This document shows, in pieces, positions 20,842 through 33,300 of a stretch of 64,000 bases of DNA. Made by a program: the position numbers and the translations under genes. The notes below the pieces were generated by a model. It was given only the letters and a program-made list of their open reading frames with translations, was not told where the DNA came from and ran no database searches. Each line of letters opens with the position of its first letter. The stretch's first letter is position 1. The stretch comes from the human T2T-CHM13v2.0 reference genome, Homo sapiens: NCBI RefSeq assembly GCF_009914755.1, contig NC_060934.1, one strand, 5' to 3'.

Positions 20842-20988
20842 GCCTGCTACTCAATGTGTGGTCTACGGACCAGTAGAATCAGCATGACCAGGGAGCTAGT
20901 TGGAAATACAGTCTCAGCCCCAGAATAGGAACCTGCATTTCAAAGGCTCCTTGGGATTTTATGCACAATAAGGTTTGAGAAGTGCTGC
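20842..20988. mobile_element. MER5A-like
   Basis: CTACTCAATGTGTGGTC..GGACCAG...GGGAGCT.GTT.GAAAT.CAG...GTTTGAGAAG. Confidence 0.65.
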
Positions 20989-21569
20989 CATAACAATCCC
21001 ACTTTAGAAGACAGGAAACTGATGCATAGAGAGGGGAAATAACTCCCACCGCAGATCAAGTGGTAAAACTCCGGTGGGACCTTGGGCAAAGCCCTTGCTC
21101 TGAACCCTTGAGATTTCGGAAATTTCCCCCCACTAGTTCTAGGCCAGGAAGGATAGGATTTCAGACCCCCAGGAGCAAGGAAGTTACTGGAAAAAGACTA
21201 TCATGAGCATTTTACAAGGTATTTTCCCGTCTATTATTTTGTTTCTACTTTACAACTTAATAATTATCCTAACTTAAGAAGAAACTGTAATTCGGAAGCA
21301 TTTAAGCCATGTCTCCAACGCTGGCTGCACTGCTGTTCATTTCTAGAGCCTTCCCCTTTACTCCAGAACCCACTTACTGTTTCCCCAGGCAGCCTTAGAG
21401 GCAGAAAAGGCAACTGTAGGTGATGCATAGATAAAAGTCTCCCATTTGAATTGTCATATATTTTACTTTCCACTACCAAACAAACAAACAAATAATAACA
21501 AAAACAAAAAAAACTGAACTAGATTAATAAACCACAGATATTAGTGCCTAAGAATAAGAGGTTTGGGGC

Positions 21570-21852
<283 letters not shown>

Positions 21853-22172
21853 ATGATTTTTTCTTTTAATGAGTCTCCATAAAGTCAATTTTGGGAATGA
21901 TAAAGGAGGTGATAATACAATAGCAAAATCCGTGAGGGTGGTAAGAAACTGGAGTCTGGGAAATGCCTCCAGACACCAAAGTAGAGAAAAGGAGAGAAAG
22001 GAAAGGAAACCAGCCAGGGGCTCTCTACCCAGAGGCTACTTACATTTAATGTATAGTTCTCTCCCAGTGGCCCACCCAGGCTCTTACTAAGGAGAAAATA
22101 CAATGCTCAGTTGATGGCACAGACTTCCCATTTAACAAATAAAAACCTTAAAAAAAAAGAAAAAGAAAAAAG

Positions 22173-22452
22173 AGGCCAGCACAGTGGCTCACGCCTGTAA
22201 TCCCAGCATTTCCAGAGGCCAAGACAGGAGGACTGCTTGAGGTCAGGAGTTTGAGACCAGCCCGGGCAACACAGGGAGACTTCATGTCTACCAAAAAAAC
22301 TTCAAAATTAGTGGAGCTGTGGTCCCAGCTACTCAGGAGGCTGAGGTGAGAGGAATGCTTGAGCCTGGGAGGCTGCGGTGAGCCGCGATCACGCCACTGC
22401 ACTCCAGCCTGGGCAACAGAACAAGACCCTGTCTCAAAAGAAGAAAAGAAAA
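22173..22452 (+). mobile_element. AluJ-like
   Basis: Diverged Alu. Confidence 0.85.
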
Positions 22453-22771
22453 GGACCAAGTGGTACTAGCCATTTGTCTTCCTGGCCAGAATCTCTAGGG
22501 CAAAACAGGAGAGAAGACAAATATTCCCCTAAACTCCTCCCACCCCAGCCTACTTCCCGCCTGAGCACCATCCAAATTGGAGTCAAAGCACAGAAAGGAA
22601 GTGCTGCCTGGGGAGGCCGAAGCTGGGGGATAAAATCCTACTCCTATGCTCCAGGGATAGCCGGTGGCTACTCAAGGGAGAGGGAAGACCCGCATCTCTT
22701 TCCTTTCAGGTGTTTGCACTCTTCTATCTCTTGCTTTCTCTAATGCTGTCCAGGACACTTAGTGGCACCAC

Positions 22772-22963
22772 TTTTTATTTTTTATATATTTTTAAAATTT
22801 ATTTTATTTTATTTTAAGATGTGATCTTGCTTTGTCATCCAGGCTGGAGAGCAGTGGCGTGATCATGGCTCGCTGCAGCCTCAAACTCCTCAGCTCAAGC
22901 AATCCTCTTGCCTCAGCCTCCCAGGTAGCTGAGGCTACAGGCACACACCATCATGCCAGGCTA
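22772..22963 (-). mobile_element. Alu right arm
   Basis: Partial Alu. Confidence 0.8.
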
Positions 22964-25900
22964 GCAACTATTTTTTGTAGGACCTTTGAACTTTGAGGAA
23001 ATGGACATTCTCTGCTATACCCCCGGTGTCATTCAGGGATCACAAGTAAAGAGTTATGGAAAATAAGCAAAAAGTCTTCTAAGAATCTGGAAAACAGACA
23101 TTGTAAGGAACAAGGACTGTTATTTTAGAAAACAGAAAGTGAGGAAGGGATAAGATTACCATCTTCAGTATTTCAAAGAGGGTCTAGGTTTACATTGCAT
23201 TTTTCCAGACCTGAAAGCAAAAGTTAGAAGACACACAGAAGTCCGTTTCAGCTATGTGACCTTGGCCAACTGTAAAATAGGGACAACAGATAGTACTTAC
23301 ATCATAGGGTAGTCATGAGGATTAAGTGCTAAGGACATACCTAGCATCTCGTAAAATCCCAGGATACACTTGTTTCCTTTTTTGGCCTCATTCAAAAATG
23401 TCTCATGAGGCAGTCAGCTCCCCTTCTGGCAAATTTCAATGTAGAATCATAATTCCTTACTGCCAAAATTCTGAGCTTTGGTGCTGCCCATGACTTTTCA
23501 TTAAAAAAAAAAAAAAAAATAGTGGTTCACATGGAGCCCTTGCCATGCTCCAGGCACGCAGAGAAGGGCTTTATGTAGGTACTTTTTAATCTTCTCATCA
23601 GCCCTATGAGGTAGGGAGGTAGGTATTATTATCACCCTTGTTAGTTTTTTTGTTTTGTTTTGTTTTCCAGATGAGAGAATCATTGCTCACAGAAGTGAAG
23701 TAACTTTTCCAAGGTCATACAATCAGTAAGTGGCAGGCAAGGACTGAAATCCAAGTTGTTACCCTCCAAAGTCCCTGCTCTGAGAACTGGAGGAATTCTT
23801 TATCAAATCTAAAATCCTCTTTTAGGCCTGTCTGCTTTAATATTCCGGTCTTTATTGATCCTTCTCTTCTCTAAAACTTCAGCTGTCAGTATAAAAATCA
23901 AGGAATTTAGCACTTGTTATTGTGTGAACAGCTTCTTGTCTCTCCTGTACTGTAAGTGGGTCTAGGGATTTTTATTCTTTAAATATCCCCCTGTACTCAG
24001 TAGATCTTTGGGAGAACAAGCTCATAGGCTTCTAATAATTCTTTCTTTGACTGCCAGCTGAATTAGACAGAAGGTAAGTCCTGCTGCCGTGTCGTGCCTA
24101 ACCCCATCTTTATTTCCTGTGCTGTTAGAGAACAGTCTTTTCTTGGCTGGAACAAATACTACAGCCTGCTCAACTAGCTAATATGTATTGAGTTCTTAAT
24201 ATGTTCCAAGGACTGCTCTAAGTATTTTATATATATTAACTCACTGAATCTTAAATACCCTATGAGCTAAGTCCTATTTTTATCCCCATTTTACAAAAGA
24301 GGAAACTGAATGTACCAGTGCATCAGTATTTGACTGAGTAAATGAATGACTGCTTTGCTGATGGATAGTATTATTAGCAACAACCCTACAAATATGATGT
24401 TATGTTTGCATCATGCAGTACAGCTTTATGTACCTTATGTCATTGTCACTCATGATTAGCAAATAGGCACGAACATCCCTATTTTATAGAAGAGGAAACC
24501 ATGGCTCTAAGAGGGTGAGTGATTCTCAACAGTCACATGCCATCTGTATCCTTCAGTAAACAAGGTATTTGGTCCATTCCAGGATCGGGGGCAAGAGAGA
24601 TGGGAGGGCCTCGGTGAGAAACACTCATATTCACAAAAGGTACTAGATAGATAGACAGATAAATAAATAAATAGAGATAAAAGCTAGTAATAGCAGAGAT
24701 TTGATGGGAATTCAGATCTTTGATTCCTAGTCCAGTGCTCTTTCTTTTATGTAAGGTGATGGGAAGCAAGTCTTAGGTCCAGATCTGGCAGCTGCTTTGA
24801 TTTAGGATCTTAAGCCAGAAGCAGCAGCGCCCTAAACAAAAAGCATCATTTTAACTTCTCTGCATTTCTCACATTCTCAACAATGACCATGCCCTACTTT
24901 CATAATTAAAAACAAACAAATAAACAGAGGGGGCAAAATGCATCCTTCTGAGTGGGCTGGGGCTTGTAGAGGGATTCTTGGGTTTGCTCTGGGATGTCTT
25001 TGGGCCCCTGCACTTGTGGGCACTCTGATTTATCCCCACAGGCCACCTGGCCCACCTTATGGGCTGAGGAGGGCTTGATGGGCGGAGGGAAGCAGAGCTG
25101 AGGAGCTGGGGAGGAGCTGGAAAGGACTGCTAGAAGGTTCCACTGAAGCTACAATGAGTAGAACCGGACATGAGAGTTTCCAGGATTCTGTAGACCTGTG
25201 AACTCCCTGAATTGTAAGCTGCATGGTGTGTGTGCAGTTTCCAAGGAGAGGGCCCATAACTTTTGCAAAAGGGTACCCCATGACCTTCCAAAAGGTAACC
25301 CCAGATTATAACAACAATGACCCAAGACATGAGGGTTAGGACGACTGGTCAAACAAGGGCCAAGAACCCTGAAACACTTCTTGCCCCTCTGAAAATAACT
25401 GTTGAGGGGCAAGATTAATGAATAGGACAAGGTCCTGCCTCATGGACTCACAATATTAATTTAGATTTTGCTTTTTTCCCTGAGCCAATTCTCACACTCA
25501 TTCCAAAGTATTTGGGACACAGGCAAGAGATTAGTTGCTCCATTAAGCCCTTCCAGTCTCAGACACTCTCCTCTTCCTCCTAGACCTGTGGCCGATGGAC
25601 TCCAGGTCCTGAATCTATGGACTGTGCACCTCCAGTTTTCTGTTTCGCCTTTTACCCAGTGTCTAGGGCCCTGATTTGTGCTGTTACCAACTTTCTCCCC
25701 AGGTGCCTCCTAAAAAGCTGGCCACTCTCATGTCTCAGCAAGCACTGAATTCCATTCCACCAACACTGATTCAGCCCTCACCATGTGAGGGTGTTGTGAA
25801 GGAGACACAGATGGTCGGATAAGGCCCCTAAGTCTAGCCTGGGAGACTGCAGGTTAATGGCAGGACAGATAACACTCACGGACCAGGCTAGTGGGGAAGG

Positions 25901-26324
25901 GAAGTGAGAACCCCTAGGAGGGTGACGGCTAACAGGCTGGGGGATTAAGTGGTGGCATCCTGAATGTGCGACAGTAGCTCCAGAGCTGTATGAAGGTGGA
26001 GAAGGATTGCTTTACAAAGAATGGGGGCGGTGTGCGGAGGGGTGATGAGAAGGAAGGTGAGAAACGTTAGAGGTGGGTTGTGGCCAATTGGCCAGACCGA
26101 GGACCTTAGTGTTCACTAAGGAATTTGGATTTTATCAAGACAGTGCGTAGGTGGCATTGAAAATTTTTGAGCAGAGGAGGTGGGCTCTGTGCTTAGACGT
26201 AAGCTTAAGACCACACTGCAGAGGATGAGAGAGCAAGGAGGGGGCTTTGAGACTGGGATACAGGATGCTAATGTAGGGTCCAGTGGGGATGGGGGATAAT
26301 GGGGCCCTTTAACTACAGCGATAG

Positions 26325-26498
26325 GCAGGACCACCTACAGAGTTTGTGGGGTCCAGTGGGAAAGGAAAATGCAGGGTCTCTTGCACAAAATTATATAACA
26401 ATTTAGTAACAACAGAGCATTAAAACAAGTGGGGGTCCCTTCTAAGTACGGGGCCCCGTTTGGCTGCACAGGTCACATACCTGCAAAGCTGGCCTTGG
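26325..26498 (-). mobile_element. MER45A-like (hAT-Tip100)
   Basis: AGAGCATTAAA.CAAG.GGGG.CCCTTCT.AG...GGGGCCC...TGCACAGGTC matches remembered consensus. Confidence 0.65.
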
Positions 26499-26780
26499 CC
26501 ATGGGACAAGACAGGATGAGTCAGATGAGAGCTCTGGGAAGCAGGGTCCCAGGACTTAGTAATCTGTTGGATATGGGATGTGAGGAAGCAATCCAGCTGA
26601 CAGATGACCCTCCTACACCGGGTGCCATGCCACCCTTCTGCTTTCTGGGCACCTTCCTTGGTGTGACCAACTCTAGCTTATTAATATGAATAAACTTCAC
26701 CCACTCCTCCTTTTCCTGCTACCCTCACCCCAGACCTGCTCCTGTAGAGTCCCTATCTAAAGGTTAAAAACTATGGTGTT

Positions 26781-27073
26781 GGCCAGGGGTAGTGGCTCAT
26801 GGGTCATACCTGTAATCCCAGCACTTTGGGAGGCCAAGGTGGGCGGAGCACAAGGTCAGGAGTTCGAGACCAGCCTGATCAACATGGTGAAACCCCGTCT
26901 CTACTAAAAATACAAAAATTAGCTGGGCGTAGTGGTGTGTGCCTGCAATCCCAGCTACTCAGGAGGTTGAGGCAGAAGAATTGCTTGAACCTGGGAGCCG
27001 AGATCACGCCACTGCACTCCCGCCTGGGCGACAGAGCGAGACTCTGTCCTAAAAAAAGAAAAAGAAAAGAAAA
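26781..27073 (+). mobile_element. AluS
   Basis: Alu consensus. Confidence 0.88.
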
Positions 27074-27078
27074 ATGCT

Positions 27079-27484
<406 letters not shown>

Positions 27485-28547
27485 GAGAACCTATCTAAAA
27501 AAAAAAAATCCGGAAACAAAAAAATCTTTGGTGTCCCTCTCCAGTTCTCTCTCCCCATCTCACCCCTCCCAGCATCTCACTTCCTCAATGTGCTCCCATT
27601 CCTATGGCCTCCCCATAGCTGCTGTCACTGCCAAGTTCTGGCAAGTCCATATCAGCTCATGTCTAGATTACCCATGAAATCCTCCCATCCATCCCCCAGA
27701 CTCCGGACCCCACCACCACTCTCAAATAAAGCACCGATCCCGCACAGAGCCGCCTCAGCGATGTTCCCAAATGCTATCCGGATCTTGTCACTGAGTAAGA
27801 TCCCTCGTTGGGGACTGCCCGGCCAAAGACTAAGACCCAAATGACTCAAAACAGCACAAGGCCCTCTGTTGCCTGACCCTGCTTAATCTGCTAATAAATA
27901 CCAGAAGGGCCTTAGTCTCCCACATACCTCCAGTACGCACCATGCTGGGGGGGTTGCGTTTTTTGTTTTCTTTACCCCAAGCAGTTTCCTCTGCCTGGAA
28001 TCTCCCCTCCTGCTTCGCAGCCTGGCTTACAATTCATTCCTCGGAGTTGGCCTCAGCTCTCCTCTCCTCGGGAGGCCTTCTCCAGCCCACGCCCCACCCT
28101 GCCACACCCCTACTGGGCGCTCTTCCCCACGGACTACAGGCCTTCCCCTTCCCTCTGGGCTGGGGGCAGCTGGGGCTGAGTATAAGTCTTACTCACGTTG
28201 GTGCCGCCAGCCCCAAAACAAAGCCTGGCCCACGTGGGTGCTCCGCGTATGTGTGTGGCTCTAGGCGGAGATGCCGGGGGTGGAAAGAGCCGGTAACAGA
28301 AACAGAACGTGCTAGAGGAAGAGCAGCCTGCAGGGAAGGCTGGCACAGATAACCACAAAAAGAAAGAAGGCCCCCGCATCACGTCTTCACCAAGACCCCA
28401 CTGGCAAGGCGAGGACAGCGCCTTTGGGTGGATGCATCTGTGACCCAGAGGCAATGCTGGCTGTCCTGGTGTCTGATTTGATTGCATCTGATTTCAAAAT
28501 TTGATCTCTGCTTCCTTCTGAAAACCTCATTCCCTTATGTCAGTTGT

Positions 28548-28568
28548 CAACAAGCCCTTGTCTAGTGC
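28548..28568 (+). promoter_or_regulatory. p53 response element about 1.1 kb upstream
   Basis: CAACAAGCCC-t-TGTCTAGTGC, two CWWG-core half-sites; DUSP5 is an established p53 target and this matches my recollection of the reported element. Confidence 0.7.
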
Positions 28569-29067
28569 GGGCAGACTGTTTTCCATCAAGCAGTCCCAGC
28601 CAGGCTAACAATAAAATGGTTGGCAGTGAGCTTGGGGGCAGAAACCTGTTTCCATCCATGTGTCCCCGCAGCTAGCAAAGCCCTGGCACACGGCTGACCC
28701 TCAATAAATGCTTGCTGAATGGGTGAATTGTGTCTGCTTCCCCAGGAATAGGGGTGGGAGGCCTGAAGCCCCTGGGGACCGGTGGGGGCAGACAGCCTGA
28801 GATTAAACTTGATCCATAGATAATCCCCCAAATCCAGAAGCCACCTGGACAACAGTTGGCTGAACTGAGCTCCATCGTGGGATACATGCTGATGGTACTG
28901 CTGAGTTCACCAAGGGTCTCCCCGGGACCAGAAAACAGCTCCTCAAAATACAACTTATTATTCTAATCATTATTGGAGAGTGACAGAGAAAAGAGCGTCA
29001 ATCCTTTGAGGGCAGAATCCATTTAGGAAGATTAAATGGCTATTCTCACCGCCGACCCCAACCCCCG

Positions 29068-29180
29068 TTTTTACTTTTACAAACTTTATTATGAAAAATA
29101 TCAAACATACAGAAAAGTGGAGAAAACAGTATAACGAATCCGGCCACCCATCACCCAGCCTCAGCGATGACCAACCCGCG
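29068..29180 (-). mobile_element. Ancient L1M 3'-end remnant at the CpG-island edge
   Basis: TTTATTATGAAAAAT.TCAAACATACAGAAAAGT...CCCATCACCCAGC resembles L1ME/MC 3' end. Confidence 0.55.
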
Positions 29181-29575
29181 CCTGACCTCTCCAGTCATCT
29201 ATACCCCACCCCTCGAGGCAAATCTCCGACGTCCTCTCCTTACACGCGCAGACCTCGGTAGCGACGGGAATCCGTTCCGGACTCCTCTGGGGCCCTGGCC
29301 GGCTCCCTCGGCCCTGCTCAGCGCGGCGCGGGCGGGTTCTCAGCCCACGTCCGTGAAGCTGAAGGCCGGATCGTGCGGCGCCGCCCCGCCCCCCACGGCG
29401 CTTCCTCCTCGGTCCGCACCGCGAGGGTCACCGCGGCCCCGGAGCGCCTGGGACACTCGACCGGCAGCCGCGGGTGATGCGCGAGTGAGTCCCTCAGCGA
29501 AGCGCGGAAGAGAGAACGAAGAGGCGCCTTCCACTTCCTCTCGCTCTAACGCCGGCACCCGCCCCGCGCGTCCCT

Positions 29576-29584
29576 CGCCCCCGC
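29576..29584 (-). promoter_or_regulatory. EGR1 consensus site
   Basis: CGCCCCCGC = GCGGGGGCG on the minus strand. Confidence 0.55.
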
Positions 29585-29626
29585 TGCCCCGCCCCCTGCA
29601 GGGCGTGGCCACGGCCCGAGGGGCGG

Positions 29627-29654
29627 GGAAACACCCATATTTGGCCTTATATGG
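29627..29654 (+). promoter_or_regulatory. Serum response element: Ets core GGAA + two abutting CArG boxes
   Basis: GGAA 29627-30; CCATATTTGG 29635-44; CCTTATATGG 29645-54; both fit CC(A/T)6GG; consistent with known SRF/ELK1 induction of DUSP5. Confidence 0.9.
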
Positions 29655-29683
29655 GCAGCCGCGTCACGGACGGCACTCATTCA

Positions 29684-29690
29684 CATAAAA
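29684..29690 (+). promoter_or_regulatory. TATA-like element
   Basis: CATAAAA, the only AT-rich stretch downstream of the CArG boxes; CRE half-site CGTCA at 29662. Confidence 0.5.
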
Positions 29691-29929
29691 CGCTGCGCGG
29701 CCGGCGGAATCCCCGGCTTCTAGGGCGGCGAGCGGCCGGGCTGGCTATCGAGCGAGCGGGGCGGGAACGCGGAGTTGCGCCGCCGCTCGGGCGCCGGGCT
29801 CCGTCGCGGCCGCAGCCCCGCGGGTCGCCCTCCCGTGCCTCGCCCGCGGACACCCTGGCCGTGGACACCCTGGCCGTGGGCACCCGCGGGGCGCGCGGCG
29901 CGGGGCCGCTGGCCGGCGGCGGCGGCGGC

Positions 29930-30308
29930 ATGAAGGTCACGTCGCTCGACGGGCGCCAGCTGCGCAAGATGCTCCGCAAGGAGGCGGCGGCGCGCTGCGT
30001 GGTGCTCGACTGCCGGCCCTATCTGGCCTTCGCTGCCTCGAACGTGCGCGGCTCGCTCAACGTCAACCTCAACTCGGTGGTGCTGCGGCGGGCCCGGGGC
30101 GGCGCGGTGTCGGCGCGCTACGTGCTGCCCGACGAGGCGGCGCGCGCGCGGCTCCTGCAGGAGGGCGGCGGCGGCGTCGCGGCCGTGGTGGTGCTGGACC
30201 AGGGCAGCCGCCACTGGCAGAAGCTGCGAGAGGAGAGCGCCGCGCGTGTCGTCCTCACCTCGCTACTCGCTTGCCTACCCGCCGGCCCGCGGGTCTACTT
30301 CCTCAAAG
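29930..30308 (+). CDS. DUSP5: DUSP5 exon 1 CDS: rhodanese/MAPK-binding domain with KIM (R53/R54)
   Basis: MKVTSLDGRQLRKMLRKEAAARCVVLDCRPY...LNSVVLRRARGG...RVYFLK; ATG 29930; donor G|GTGAG at 30308/30309; 379 nt. Confidence 0.98.
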
Positions 30309-33300
30309 GTGAGCGCTCGGGGTCCCTGCCACGCTCGCCCCTCCGGCGCCCCCGGGTCCCCTCCCTGCGCCGGGGCGCCCTCCTACACCCTGGGACCGGG
30401 AGAGTCACCACCTGCAGGAGTCTGCACCCTGTGGCTTGTTGTGCGCTTGGGAGGGCACTGCAAATGTCAGCACTCAGAGCTCCCCCTCTTCCCCACCCGC
30501 GTTCCTCGAAAGCGCCCGGCAGCGGGTCTGCCCGGTGGTCTGGGTGGAGTTGGTTATGCTGCGGGGGCTGCTGCTGTTTAGCAGTTTGGGGGCCGTCGGC
30601 TCGTGCCGGGCACGAGCCCCCTTTCCAGACGCGAGCTTCGCCGCTGTCGCTGGGGTCAGGGCTCGGGGCCTTCCTGATAGACTGATCTGGCGGGATCAGC
30701 AGGTCGCGATCCACTCTCCCTTGGTGTGGCGCCGTGGTGCCCCCCTTCCTCCCGCCTAGCCAGCTGTGGTCTTCACCGACCCCCTTGCCTTTTTGACCTG
30801 GCGAGTCCCTTCCCTTTCCATTTCATTTTATTGCTTTTTATTGTTTCCCTCCGGCCTCTTCTCCCCTCCTAGGTCTTTTCTCTAGCTCAGTTTGGAGCTC
30901 ACATCCTTTCCACCCTTTTCACCTCCTCCTTCCTCCGCCCCAGGATTATCCCTGGGACCCATCCTGAGCTGAGCCTACAGCCAGCCAGCCACGAAATAGA
31001 GGTGCGCGGGGGCAGGGTGGTATGGAGATTCTGCGGCCTTTGATTTGACACCTCCCGGAGCTACCGCCACAGGCCTGCCCATTTCACCTGCCGGGAAGAT
31101 AACTTTGGCTTCTGGTGGTGGGTGGGTGATTGACTCTCAAAATCCAAAGCATTGGTTTTTTCTGGGTTACTTCCTATGACTGCTCCTGCTTTGTGTTTGA
31201 GTCCTTTGTAACCTCAAATGACACCCGGGGAGACCTGACCCACATGTAGAGATGAGGGTTTAGCCCCAGCAGGGCCCCAAGGCCGTGCCAGCCCTGGCGC
31301 GGACACCTTGGGATGTAACAGTGTTGGGGATCAGAGCTCGGTGCAGAGAGCCGGCGCCGAGTTAGGAGCCTGTTTTAAAGCCATGCAACTTGAGTTTCAC
31401 ACAGTCCGGGCCAGGAAGATTCTGGAGACAGTTCCCCTCTCTGCTAGCACCTCCTGCTGACTGGTCCCCTGTTGATTTCCTGTTGGAGAGTTAACAGAGG
31501 TAGATGGTAATCGTCCTTCTTCTAACAGCCTATCCCCCAGGGGATAGAGGGTTGGCCCTCTGGCTCTGCAGAGGTTTCAGCGTGCCTCCTGATTTCTTTC
31601 TCTTCCTAATATGGTTTTTATCTCCTGTGGTTTGGAGAAGTTTCTGCCTCAGTAGTATGAAAGAGGTTCCAGGAGACCCTCCCTGGTCCCACCTCTCCTC
31701 CCCATGCTTCTCTAAGCTGGCCCTGCTGACAGTTTAGAAGTTGTCGCCACAAAGTAGGCAGCTCTATAGACTCACATCTCAGGAAAACTGGGTTAAAATG
31801 TTTTTTAAAAGAAGGTAACATATACACAGGTAAAAATTTGAACAGCATGAAGGCCCTGTGATGAGAAGCGGGTCTTCTGCATATCTTAGAACCCAGTTCC
31901 ACTCCCCAGAGACAGTCGTCAACTATTTTTTGTTTACCTTTAGATAGTTTTTCATAAGTATCTTAGAAATAGATTGATTTTGTATAGTCCCTGTCCTGCC
32001 TCTTGTATCTATCTAGATCTTGGAGACTTGTCCATATCTGATCATACATGTCTGTTTCACATTGAACCGGTCTCCTGTAATGACCATTAGGTTGCGTCCC
32101 GCCTCACTGCTCCAAGCAATGCGGTAGATGTCCTTCTCCATGTGCTCTTGCGTGTGCAGTGCCTTTCAGTAAATCATGAGAATTGCCAGGTCAAGAATTA
32201 CATGCATTTTAAGTTTCAGTAGAAATTGCTTCATGCCTACCCTTATAACACTACTAAACTTTAAATTGTTGCCAGAGAAAATTTTTATTTCTTTACGTAA
32301 TTCATGTGCAGATAGGAGTTCAGGTTTTAATCTGGTGGCATCTCAGATCTTGGCGGGGGCAATGCCTTTTGACACTTTCCATAATCCCCTGTCTCCCAAA
32401 CAACCACTAAAATGAAATGGTGATGACTGAATTGCGTGGTCAGTGCTTATTTATATATAGTATCTGTGCTCTCTCTGTTCCCTGGTGATGTGGTGGTGAT
32501 TGAAAGCAGACTCACTCCAAAAGAAGTAGCTCTAAGAATTGCCATGGCTTTTGCCACTCGAGTGAGGCACCAGCGAGGAATGTTCTGTCTCTCCACACCT
32601 CTGATGGGAGTGGGTGAAAGACTGAGACCATTTAATCTGGAGGATTCCTCTGAATCCCAGCTTGAAGAGGCAGGACCCTGTTTATCTGTCCCTCAACTAA
32701 ATTTTGTCAACAGCATGCAGGATCCAGCCCACACCCGAACCTCTTATCTGTCCTCCTGATAGCCAACTCTGAAGTAATATATTTAAAGCCAAAAGATGGG
32801 GTAGCCTGAAGATTCCTATTTCCCCAACCTTCGTCCTGAAGTTTGGGAGGGCCCAGGTCATTCTGAACTCCAAATTCCCATCCAAATCCTTGTTTGTCTC
32901 CTGGAACCCATAATGTCGAGGTCCAGGCACGGGAAGTGATCAGGTGGTTTACTGACTAGGGATGCCTCTTCCAAGGAAGCTGTGGGTCATTGTGAGCCTG
33001 CCTCATTCTCTCTTGACTGCTGGAAGGGAAGGGGCCCAGGGGCTATGGCAGAGCATGGGAAGCTAAGCTGCCTATAGCACCATCTTGCACCTCTGCCGTG
33101 GCCTCCCGTTGTCGTGGGGAGCATGGTCATTGAGGAGGACCAGGAGCTCATGGGCAGGCGCAATGGGCTGCTTGTGAGGTGACCACAGGGGAGATCTGGG
33201 TGTACTAAGTGGGGGCGGGGCAGTTCCAGTGAGCTGAGAGGAAGCGGTAATGGCAAGATGACTCATTCTAGGAATTGGCTGCAGCTTCTGGGAGGGAGTT

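Larger units (their letters stand above)
29150..30780. promoter_or_regulatory. DUSP5 CpG island / promoter
   Basis: Very GC- and CpG-rich; multiple GC boxes; spans exon 1. Confidence 0.93.

Noticed and set aside
29651-29929. Upstream in-frame ATG giving a 93-aa N-terminal extension (344-aa ORF)
   Set aside because: The ATG lies inside CArG box 2, upstream of the probable TSS, so it is unlikely to be in the mRNA
29167-30759. Several long overlapping ORFs on both strands in the CpG island
   Set aside because: Expected from stop-poor GC-rich sequence; low-complexity R/P/A/G peptides with no recognisable domain
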